Assembly (NCBI GenBank): GCA_028284445.1
Contig: JANQRS010000016.1
Location: forward strand, 80,441 to 144,440
From: Calditrichia bacterium
GTDB taxonomy: Bacteria; Calditrichota; Calditrichia; RBG-13-44-9; J075
Direction of reading: 5' to 3'
DNA: 64,000 nt
Part shown: one piece after another, positions 1-8,059 of the stretch
Position numbering within the stretch: the first letter of the stretch is position 1
Layout: the number at the start of each line of letters is the position of its first letter
Translations under genes and position numbers: made by a program
The notes under the pieces: generated by a model
Database searches by the model: none
What the model was told of the DNA's origin: nothing
The model's input: only the letters and a program-made list of their open reading frames with translations

Positions 1-21
1 CGGATGAGGAGGAGCAAGGCT

Positions 22-1158
22 ATGTATGATATCCTGGTGTATGCTACCAATCCCGAGTCGGTAACAGAGATAAAGGAGCTATTTCCGGCACCCGTTCACC
101 AGGTTTGCGTGGTGGATGAGAACGATGATTGGCCGGTAGATGTACCCGAGACATTATTTGATTTTGCCCTGGCCTGGGAGGCACCTGTCCAGGAAGTAAG
201 CAAGTTTCTGGAGAAGCAGCAGGCAGTCGGGCTTGGCTTCGTGCCGGTAGTTGCCCTTACGCGTGACAGTAGTGAGGCGGACCAGCTCTTTGCGCTGCCC
301 CTGGCCGATGTTATCACCTTGCCGACGCCGCGTGCCTTATTTATGAGAACCATCGAGACGCTGGTTCACGGCCGCAAACGCTCAGAAGAGGATCGCAGGG
401 GAATGAACTGGCAGGGAAGTCTCTCTGAATTTAACCTGATTGATTTGATTCAGATGGTAGATGCCGGCCGCCGTAGCGTTGAGGCCAGGCTATCACAGGA
501 AGGTCTGAATGGCCGACTTGTGTTCGGCGAGGGCGTACTCTGCGATGCGCAATTTCGTGCTTTGTCCGGATCGGCTGCCCTCAAAAAGATGGTATTTTGG
601 TCCCGCGGTAGTTTTCAGATTCGCGAATTGGGGGACGAAGCTGTAACCAACGAGATCAAGCTGCAAAACCAGGAAATCCTATTGCAGCTGTTTGAAGTAT
701 TGGCAAAGCAGGATCAACTAAGCCGTGACTTGCCGGATTTCACCACCCAGCTTCTGCGAAATCCACTCATGGAGCCCGGCGAACTGACCGGTCTGCAAAG
801 CAAAATTCTCGGGCAATGCCAGCAGGCGATAACGATTTTCGAATTGCTTCAAGTGCTCGATGATGACGGTGAAGATATCCTGCTTGAATTGAAAATCATG
901 CTGGAGATGAATCTGATCGGTGATCGGGTTGAAGTTGAAGCGGCGATCCGGGAAGCTGCGGAAACGAGCAATTTCAGCAAGGTGATATCTTCGATTTCCT
1001 CAATTTTCAAGCGCAAGCCGCGAGAGTCGGTGGTTGAATACCAATTCTACGAATCTTTGCCGGAGGAAAGTCTGCTGCCATTGCAGTTCCCGGCTCGCGA
1101 GTTAAGCGAAGATGACCGTCGGTTGATTGAAGGCAAACTGCTTGGAGGAAGTCAATAA
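22..1158 (+). CDS. Atypical receiver-like domain + DUF4388 (PatA-N-like) signalling protein
   Basis: Central 'WQGSLSEFNLIDLIQMVDAGRRS...GRLVFGEG...WSRGSF' resembles DUF4388. The N-terminus is receiver-like ('VPVVALT', 'ADVITLP'). ATG at 22 follows GAGGAGG; the ORF track starts it at 4. Confidence 0.75.
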   Translation: MYDILVYATNPESVTEIKELFPAPVHQVCVVDENDDWPVDVPETLFDFALAWEAPVQEVSKFLEKQQAVGLGFVPVVALTRDSSEADQLFALPLADVITLPTPRALFMRTIETLVHGRKRSEEDRRGMNWQGSLSEFNLIDLIQMVDAGRRSVEARLSQEGLNGRLVFGEGVLCDAQFRALSGSAALKKMVFWSRGSFQIRELGDEAVTNEIKLQNQEILLQLFEVLAKQDQLSRDLPDFTTQLLRNPLMEPGELTGLQSKILGQCQQAITIFELLQVLDDDGEDILLELKIMLEMNLIGDRVEVEAAIREAAETSNFSKVISSISSIFKRKPRESVVEYQFYESLPEESLLPLQFPARELSEDDRRLIEGKLLGGSQ

Positions 1159-1646
1159 TGCGCATCATGGAAACCATTGTGATTAGCCAGGATGGCCAAT
1201 ACCAGCAGGAACTGATGAGTGAATTGCCGACGCTGCGTCAGCGAGTGTACGGTGTGGATGTAGACCGCCTGGAAATCTCTGAGGATTTGATTGTTCACTT
1301 ATATCATTTTTCTCTGGAAGGCGGTATCGCCGGTGAAATCCTGGATCATCTCCAGGGGCACCTGAGCGCGATGGTGATGATTGCCGATTTGGAGCAGATT
1401 CGTAATCAGGAAAATAATGACCTTGATGAGATTCGTAAAACAGTGAACAATGTACCGGCAATTCTGGCGATTCGCAGCGAGAAAGATGTGTTGCCATACA
1501 ATCGCGATGCAAAAGCGTCGGGACTTCTCCTGGCGGATAATGCCCGCATGTTTTTCTGGGATCCGGAAGACAAGCGCAGCAAGGGCATCGTCTGGAATGC
1601 TGCCCTCAACACCCTCCAATTTGAGACTGTGAACAACCTCCTGTAG
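1158..1646 (+). CDS. Small GTPase-fold protein lacking a P-loop (MglA/CvnD-like pseudo-GTPase)
   Basis: TAATG overlap with the upstream gene. 'GVDVDRLEISEDLIVHLY' and 'FFWDPEDKRS' resemble MglA/conservon GTPase segments, but there is no GxxxxGK[ST]. Confidence 0.5.
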   Translation: MRIMETIVISQDGQYQQELMSELPTLRQRVYGVDVDRLEISEDLIVHLYHFSLEGGIAGEILDHLQGHLSAMVMIADLEQIRNQENNDLDEIRKTVNNVPAILAIRSEKDVLPYNRDAKASGLLLADNARMFFWDPEDKRSKGIVWNAALNTLQFETVNNLL

Positions 1647-1653
1647 GGCTCTC

Positions 1654-1699
1654 GACATCCCCCTGCGTCCCCCTTCGAAGGGGGATTCAGGGGGATGTC
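1654..1699. repeat. C/G-run palindrome, copy A (C5 variant)
   Basis: GACATCCCCCTGCGTCCCCCTTCGAAGGGGGATTCAGGGGGATGTC; inverted repeat with 2 mismatches between convergent genes. Confidence 0.85.
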
Positions 1700-1819
1700 A
1701 CGTTAATTAGAGCAACAATTTCGGGAATTTAAGCGATGTTGTATTTATCGAGGCGAAGCCTCTGACGGCCAGGGATGGCCTGACGTAAGCACAGCGAACT
1801 GACAGCGAGCTTGCGAGCT

Positions 1820-3415
1820 CTATGCAGCAATTTCTTTCTTCAAATTTTCTACCGAATGCAATACTTCATCATCCAGAACCACATTGAAACGCTCGTCAGG
1901 ATTGACGTTTTCAAGGCGAAGCACGCCACGTGGACAAACCGCCGCGCAGACACCGCAGCCAACGCAGCTGTTGCGGATGATGTTCTGCCCACGCTGTGCA
2001 TACCAGCGTACGTCGATGCCCATTTCACAATATGTGGAGCAGTTGCCGCATGAAATGCATTGTCCGCCATTGGTCGTGATGACAAAACGGGATTTGATCT
2101 TCTGTACGATGCCAAGTATCGCTGCCAGTGGACAGCCGAATCGGCACCAGACGCGATTTCCCATGAACGGATAGAAACCGGTGCCGACAACGCCGGCAAA
2201 GGCCGAGCCGATCAGGAAGCTATAGGTCTGGTTAACCCGCCAGGTATAGTCGCCGAAGATCGCGCCGCCGGAGGTGTAGTTGACAATTTGCATAACGGTC
2301 ATGATGACCGCAAATACCAGCACCGAGTGGATCATAATGCGCTCAACCTGCCAGGCCTTGACGCCTTTGTTGGACAGCTGGCGATACGGATCTCCAAGGG
2401 TTTCTGCCAAACCGCCGCAGCCGCACACCCAGGAACAATACCAGCGCTTACCGTAGAGGTAGGTGAATAAGGGCACCAAAACCACTGAAAGAATCGTTCC
2501 CCACACCAACAGGAAGAGTCCGAAGTTGCCGCTGCTCAGCAGGCTGCTGAGATTCCAGTCCATAAAGAAGCTGTAGTTGAGCGGCCAGGCATTTTTCAGG
2601 TCCATGCTTGGCTGACTGAAGCGTTCCATAAGGCTTGGTAGCAGAAAGGCGAAACCAAATTGGAAGAAGATGATCGATGCAGTGCGTATTAAATGATAAT
2701 TGTTATGGCGATATTTCAGGAACATGCGAACGCCCATAACAACAATTGTCATTGTATAAAGGAAGCCGTAGAGAAACCATTGATCAGCCGGCAAGTTGCG
2801 TATAAATTGACTGATCGGATCAAACATGGTAATCGTATTGGTGAAATACTCGGCGTTCCAATACAACAGGATGTAAAAGAGAATCAGATAGGTGCCGGTC
2901 AGAATGCCGATGATGCCGCGATTCATCATGCTGCTGAACCAGATGTGATCATGCTTGATACCCGGCAGCGTGTTGCGCTGTGCCATATGAAAGAGAATCC
3001 CGCCGAGCGAGGCTAGCCCGACGCTCAGCAAAAACCACAGCCAGGGATTATCGGCGATTGGCCCGCGCAGAGCGTCTTTCATCAGCCAAAGCTTGTACAC
3101 CCCAAGTTGATATGGTTGAATTGATCCGTCAGCGTTGATTGATGACTCAATCGCGTTTAGCATCTCAACTTTGGAATCAAATGTCTTGCCGGCAATTGGC
3201 GAAAGCTTCTCGATCACCTCTGCTGGTACTTTCTCGCTTGCTTGATCCAACCGCGCCAGGTCTATCTGGTAATTGCCCAGGAAAATGGTGGCTGTAAATG
3301 TAGCCATTCCAACGAGAAAAAGAATCAAACCGACCAGCCGCATCGCGGAAAGACCGCCATGATGTGAATGTGCCGGTGTAAAATCGCTGTTACTATGTTG
3401 CTGAGCCGTGCTCAT
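1820..3415 (-). CDS. Polytopic membrane 4Fe-4S binding protein (NapH/MauN-like)
   Basis: Many TM helices, 'RWYCSWVCGCG' and 'RVWCRFGCP' motifs, two ferredoxin motifs (CISCGNCSTYC, CVGCGVCAAVCP). ATG at 3415 has GGAGA upstream. Confidence 0.85.
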   Translation of the reverse strand: MSTAQQHSNSDFTPAHSHHGGLSAMRLVGLILFLVGMATFTATIFLGNYQIDLARLDQASEKVPAEVIEKLSPIAGKTFDSKVEMLNAIESSINADGSIQPYQLGVYKLWLMKDALRGPIADNPWLWFLLSVGLASLGGILFHMAQRNTLPGIKHDHIWFSSMMNRGIIGILTGTYLILFYILLYWNAEYFTNTITMFDPISQFIRNLPADQWFLYGFLYTMTIVVMGVRMFLKYRHNNYHLIRTASIIFFQFGFAFLLPSLMERFSQPSMDLKNAWPLNYSFFMDWNLSSLLSSGNFGLFLLVWGTILSVVLVPLFTYLYGKRWYCSWVCGCGGLAETLGDPYRQLSNKGVKAWQVERIMIHSVLVFAVIMTVMQIVNYTSGGAIFGDYTWRVNQTYSFLIGSAFAGVVGTGFYPFMGNRVWCRFGCPLAAILGIVQKIKSRFVITTNGGQCISCGNCSTYCEMGIDVRWYAQRGQNIIRNSCVGCGVCAAVCPRGVLRLENVNPDERFNVVLDDEVLHSVENLKKEIAA

Positions 3416-3534
3416 TGACCTCTCCAATATTTATTTCGTTATGCGCTTCCGCCGCGTAACGATGCTTTGTTGACTGCTAAAGTGTGTCTCATCCTGCCGC
3501 TTCTTGTGGTGGAGGCAGCGGGAATCATTTCAAA

Positions 3535-4866
3535 CTAGGCAAAGAGCCGCTGAAAAAATCCCGGTTGCCGGCTTGGCTGCAGGTTTGTTCCGGCCTGTCG
3601 ATTAAAAGCCTCAATAATTTCTCCTTCAAATGCCTTGTAGAATTCCGGATCAAAATTCGCTTCCGGCAGATGCGTCATAACAAAGTTGATGTCGCGTTTC
3701 TCCTTTAACCAGCGATGCCAAACGTCCTGGCTCATGCGGATACCAAACACGTTCATGCCGGTGACGACCTTGTCGGATTGATTATAGATGATCTTCAGGC
3801 AATGGCGATGCCCTTCGTCTTCCCAATAGAACTGCGCATCGCCTTCGCGTGGACGATTGGGGACAAAGCCATAAGTTTGGTATTCGATGTCCATAAATTT
3901 TGCAGAGTTAAACCATAGGCCGCGTTCGTAAAAGGTCCGTTCGCCGCAGATCGTTCTCCCCAGCGCCTGACCCTGCATGCGCCCGGTATACCACAACTGT
4001 TCAATTCGATTCCTGGCCTCGCCTTCTACAATGATTTCGGCGCAATCACCGCAGGCGTAAATATCAGGGACATTGGTTTCCAGGTAATCATTCACCAAAA
4101 CACCGCGTCCCGTTTCGACGGGCGAATCTTTAACCAAATCGATGTTGGGATGCACGCCCGGTGTGAGTCCTACCAATTGGCAGCTAATTTCTTCGCCTTG
4201 GTCCGTCGTAATACCTCGTACGCGGCCATCATCGCCTGCCAGGATCTCGACAAGGTTCGTGCTGCGTCGCAAATCTATGCCGTGTTCATATACATGCCGG
4301 GTCACCAGCTTCGCTTCCTCAATCGGCAAGATGTTATCCCAGTACCATTCTTCGCGAATCAGGAAGGTCACCGGGATATCGCGCGTGGCGAGCATTTCGG
4401 CGAGTTCGATGCCGATCAATCCGCCGCCGACAATAACTGCGCGCTGAATGTTTTCCGTATTTTCCTCGAGGAGTTCGAGATCCTGGTATGAGTAGAGACC
4501 CTGGACGCCGGGTAGATCCTGTCCCGGCCAGCCAAACTTGTTGCTCTGCGAACCGGTGGCAAGCACCAATTTATCATATGAGATTGTGCGTCCGTCGCCA
4601 AGCGACAGCGCCTTCTTCTCAATGTCAATCGCATTCACATAAGCCCGTAGCAGATCAATCCTGTTTTTGGACCAGAAGTGATCTTCATAGGGCTTTGTAT
4701 GTTCGTAAGTCATGTGGCCCATGTAAATATACATCAGGGCAGTTCTGGAAAAGAAGTGGTCAGTTTCGGCAGAGATGACGGTAATATGGTGGTCGCTGCG
4801 CTTGCGGATATGTCTGGCAGTGGTAATTCCGGCTATTCCGTTTCCGATAATGACGATATGTGCCAT
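3535..4866 (-). CDS. NAD(P)/FAD-dependent oxidoreductase
   Basis: GNGIAG FAD motif, 'LVLATGS', GGGLIG NAD motif, 'IYACGDCAE'. Confidence 0.9.
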   Translation of the reverse strand: MAHIVIIGNGIAGITTARHIRKRSDHHITVISAETDHFFSRTALMYIYMGHMTYEHTKPYEDHFWSKNRIDLLRAYVNAIDIEKKALSLGDGRTISYDKLVLATGSQSNKFGWPGQDLPGVQGLYSYQDLELLEENTENIQRAVIVGGGLIGIELAEMLATRDIPVTFLIREEWYWDNILPIEEAKLVTRHVYEHGIDLRRSTNLVEILAGDDGRVRGITTDQGEEISCQLVGLTPGVHPNIDLVKDSPVETGRGVLVNDYLETNVPDIYACGDCAEIIVEGEARNRIEQLWYTGRMQGQALGRTICGERTFYERGLWFNSAKFMDIEYQTYGFVPNRPREGDAQFYWEDEGHRHCLKIIYNQSDKVVTGMNVFGIRMSQDVWHRWLKEKRDINFVMTHLPEANFDPEFYKAFEGEIIEAFNRQAGTNLQPSRQPGFFQRLFA

Positions 4867-5082
4867 AGATAGTTTTCCTATAAGCCTTTACCAAATGATT
4901 GAGAGCATGCTTGCGTCCGGTATTGACGCCCTGCAGATCTACGCAGAAAATATACGGGTTAGTTGTCACACAAATATCACGACTTTCAAAGGATTCGAGA
5001 ACATCATAGTCTCTGGCTATGTTTTCAAGTGTGATGTAGTTGCCCAACGCGCGACAATTAATAGTGAAAGACAAAGATAGCA

Positions 5083-5218
5083 AGGGGAGGGGAGAATGGG
5101 AAATGGCAAATGACAAATATCGAAGTGCCCACTGACCGCCAACTGCGACTGCCACTATCATTATTTGACATTCGTCATTAGACATTTGTCATTTGCTGCC
5201 TTACACCTGACACCTCAC
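5083..5218. repeat. Nested inverted heptamer (STRR-like) repeat array
   Basis: AATGGGA/AATGGCA/AATGACA units, later mirrored by ATTTGAC/ATTCGTC/ATTAGAC/ATTTGTC. GCAAATGACAAAT (5106) and ATTTGTCATTTGC (5184) are exact reverse complements. Confidence 0.75.
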
Positions 5219-5233
5219 AATTATCCCTCAAAC

Positions 5234-5317
5234 AGGTGAACAAAAATATATCTTTTTTGCAGAAAATGCTTGACAAAGGCAATTTCACAAATTATCATAT
5301 AGGTGAACGTGTGTATA
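5234..5317 (+). promoter_or_regulatory. Sigma70 promoter flanked by two repeated operator-like boxes
   Basis: TTGACA (5270-5275)-17 bp-TATCAT (5293-5298); AGGTGAAC-N5-TATA at 5234-5250 and 5301-5317. Confidence 0.7.
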
Positions 5318-5351
5318 CTTTTTTAATTGTTATCTACGAAAGGAGTATCAG

Positions 5352-5666
5352 ATGGAAGCAATGGTTCACCAATCTCATGAGCGGGTATTAACTCGTAATG
5401 CGGCGTCTCGCCGGAACAATTCTGCTGTGATGGGCCAGGACATGATGGTTCAGTTGCACGAGCTGCTGGAAGGGGAGCGGTCTATCGTACGCATTTACAG
5501 CAAGGCCCTGGGCGAAGAAATCTGCTTTGTGAATCCGGAAGTTGAAGAAACGGCCGCGGAAGCAGAGGGAAAGCCGGTCTACACCACACGTGAGCTGGCA
5601 TTCATCATGTCCCTTTCTGCTGCCGAACTGCAGCGCTATCATTATCTGAAAACCAGGCTGGTTTAG
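5352..5666 (+). CDS. Hypothetical protein (104 aa)
   Basis: AAGGAG RBS and its own promoter; no family recognised with confidence. Confidence 0.75.
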   Translation: MEAMVHQSHERVLTRNAASRRNNSAVMGQDMMVQLHELLEGERSIVRIYSKALGEEICFVNPEVEETAAEAEGKPVYTTRELAFIMSLSAAELQRYHYLKTRLV

Positions 5667-5844
5667 CATAGTCCCGTTAGGCAATGGAAGTTTCTGATTG
5701 GGAATTGGATTTCTAGTTTGTTGTTTTAGCGTTTTTTCTGTTGGATTTTGGACTTTAACTCCCTTCATTTTGGGGATTCATCCGCAACATTTTAGCTGGC
5801 TTTGAGTGAATTGACAGCTACTGCTTGTATATTCTTCTTTTCTC

Positions 5845-5873
5845 TTGCGTTCTGCATATCCACCCTATATATT
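5845..5873 (+). promoter_or_regulatory. Putative sigma70 promoter of the rimP-nusA-infB operon
   Basis: TTGCGT-17 bp-TATATT just upstream of the rimP leader hairpin. Confidence 0.6.
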
Positions 5874-5882
5874 TACGCGTGC

Positions 5883-5912
5883 AAAAAGTGGGTTTAACGA
5901 CCCACTTTTTTT
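5883..5912 (+). terminator. rimP leader attenuator-like hairpin
   Basis: AAAAAGTGGGT-ttaacg-ACCCACTTTTTTT; matches the conserved GTGGG...CCCAC-U-tract leader known upstream of rimP. Confidence 0.75.
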
Positions 5913-5943
5913 GTTATAGGACCCATTTGCAAGAGCCCGAAGC

Positions 5944-6402
5944 ATGACAGAACGCCTTGTTGACCGGATACGCAGCTTGGTGCAGCCGGTTTTCGATGAG
6001 GAAAAGATTTATTTGGTAGATTTGGAATTGCGTGGCAGTTCCGGAAGTCAAGTTCTCAAGATGTTTGCCGACACGAAAGACGGCATTACCCTGAAGCAAA
6101 TTACCAGACTGACTCGCCAAATTAATGACCTTCTCGACATTAGCGAAATAGTTGAAGGGACGTATAGACTCGAAGTCTCTTCGCCTGGAATCGACCGGCC
6201 GCTGACCCAACTCTGGGAATTTGAGAAAAATATTGGCCGCAAGCTGCGTGTCATTACGGAAGTGGATGCAGAAGAACAGGTGTTCGACGGGACGTTGATT
6301 GCTGTTGCGGATGATGAGATCAAGTTAAAGGACAAAAAGAAGAAAGAAATTACCATTCCCTGGGGAGATGTTATCAAAGCCCGGGTTCAACTAAAGTGGT
6401 AA
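5944..6402 (+). CDS. rimP: Ribosome maturation factor RimP
   Basis: 'YRLEVSSPGIDRPL' signature; upstream of nusA. Confidence 0.97.
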   Translation: MTERLVDRIRSLVQPVFDEEKIYLVDLELRGSSGSQVLKMFADTKDGITLKQITRLTRQINDLLDISEIVEGTYRLEVSSPGIDRPLTQLWEFEKNIGRKLRVITEVDAEEQVFDGTLIAVADDEIKLKDKKKKEITIPWGDVIKARVQLKW

Positions 6403-6428
6403 CCTATGTTTGGAGGTAATCGGAATTC

Positions 6429-7712
6429 ATGAAGAGCCAAATCGTATCTGCTGCTGCTGAGATAGCACGCGAAAAACGAATCGATCGCGAAGATTTACGC
6501 GATATCCTTGAGGACATCTTTACGACCCTGATGAAGCGCAAGTATGGTGAAGAGTCCGAGTTTGACGTGATCGTAAATATTGATCGCGGTGACATGGAAA
6601 TTTATGTAGAGAAAGAGGTTGTCGCCAAAGTTGAAGACGAGGATACGCAAATTGCATTGGCAGATGCTAGTAAGGTGGATCCGGAAGTTGAAGAAGGAGA
6701 ATTGTTCGCAGAGGTTGTCAACCCGGAAAATTTCGGACGCCGTTTGATTAATATTGCCAAACAAACTTTGATGCAGCGCCTGAGAGAATATGAAAAGGGC
6801 AAGGTTTACGAAGAATATAAATCCCGTGTCGGTGAAATAATTATCGGAGATGTTCATCAAGAGACACGCAATGGTTACTTTATTGTTGTGGATCGCACCG
6901 AAATGTTTATGCCGCGCTCGGAGTCTATTCCGAATGAAAAGTTGCGCCGCGGTGATAGCGTTCGCGCCCTGATTAAAGAAGTTATCAAGCCGGACATGCT
7001 GACTGAAATTCCGGCCGAGCCCGAGCAGCGGCCACGTCGCCGTCGCAATCACCGTCCGGAAATTATCGTTTCGCGGGCAGACGAGCGCTTCCTGATTCGC
7101 CTGTTCGAAATTGAGGTGCCGGAAATCTTTGATGGTATTGTGGAAATCAAGAAAGTTGCTCGCAAGCCAGGTGAACGTTCTAAAATTGCTGTTGAATCCA
7201 TTGATACCCGAATCGATCCTGTTGGCGCCTGTGTTGGTATGCGTGGTGTGCGGATTCAATCGGTTGTCAGAGAGTTGAATGGCGAAAAGATTGATGTGAT
7301 TGCTCATACCAATGAGCCGGAATTGTTTATTACTCGCTCCATTACCCCGGCCAAACCGATTCGGGTGATATTCAATCGCGAAGAAGGCTTTGCAGTTGCC
7401 ATCATCCCCGACAAAGATATGGGATTAGCGATGGGGCGCGGTGAAGCGAATCGTGAACTGGCTCAGGAACTGACCGGCTTTAATATCGAGCTGATTAAAG
7501 AATCTGAATATTACGAGAAGGCGCTTCAGGAAGAAGAAGCGATGGATATTTCCGAAATTCCTGGCCTGTCCGCTACGATCGTTGATAAATTAAACGAGGC
7601 CGGTATTGAAAATGTAGATGAATTGAAGGGGCTGGGCCTTCACGGTTTGTTGGAAATACCGGGCATCGGCCAGAAAACAGCCGAGAAAATCCTCAGTCAG
7701 CTGAACATTTAA
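6429..7712 (+). CDS. nusA: Transcription termination factor NusA
   Basis: 'LFEIEVPEI', 'IDPVGACVGMRGVRIQ' S1/KH motifs and a C-terminal HhH domain. Confidence 0.98.
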   Translation: MKSQIVSAAAEIAREKRIDREDLRDILEDIFTTLMKRKYGEESEFDVIVNIDRGDMEIYVEKEVVAKVEDEDTQIALADASKVDPEVEEGELFAEVVNPENFGRRLINIAKQTLMQRLREYEKGKVYEEYKSRVGEIIIGDVHQETRNGYFIVVDRTEMFMPRSESIPNEKLRRGDSVRALIKEVIKPDMLTEIPAEPEQRPRRRRNHRPEIIVSRADERFLIRLFEIEVPEIFDGIVEIKKVARKPGERSKIAVESIDTRIDPVGACVGMRGVRIQSVVRELNGEKIDVIAHTNEPELFITRSITPAKPIRVIFNREEGFAVAIIPDKDMGLAMGRGEANRELAQELTGFNIELIKESEYYEKALQEEEAMDISEIPGLSATIVDKLNEAGIENVDELKGLGLHGLLEIPGIGQKTAEKILSQLNI

Positions 7713-7726
7713 GTAGCGATGGTTGA

Positions 7727-8059
7727 GTGAATATCGCATTGGATTCACGGCTTGCAAGCCTGATAGGGTTCGGTTATAAGTCGAGACAAATATTTACCGG
7801 TTTTGAGGCAGTACGCCGGGCAATGAATAAAAAAGGGAATGTCGCCCTGATCCTGGTTGATACCGAGTTGTCGGACAACTCATTTAAGAAGATTCGGACC
7901 ATGGCGGAAAGAACCGGTATTCCCTTGTGCCGGGTAAAGAAGAGTGAAGAGGGCTATGATTTGATTCAGCTTCTGGGTTACAAAATTGTGGCAATCCAGG
8001 AAGGTGATCTGGCCCAGGGCTTCATAAAAAAGCTAAAACAGGAGAGTCAATGGCAGTAA
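7727..8059 (+). CDS. L7Ae/L30e family RNA-binding protein (YlxQ-like)
   Basis: 'LIGFGYKSRQIFTGFEAV...LSDNSFKKI' pattern; conserved position between nusA and infB. Confidence 0.8.
   Translation: MNIALDSRLASLIGFGYKSRQIFTGFEAVRRAMNKKGNVALILVDTELSDNSFKKIRTMAERTGIPLCRVKKSEEGYDLIQLLGYKIVAIQEGDLAQGFIKKLKQESQWQ

Noticed and set aside
6495..7307. Long antisense ORFs opposite nusA (also opposite pnp 14064-14819, htpG 50595-51389, ppk1 54791-55747 and the surface protein 29640-30482)
   Set aside because: They are shadows of codon bias in conserved genes, with no recognisable motifs.
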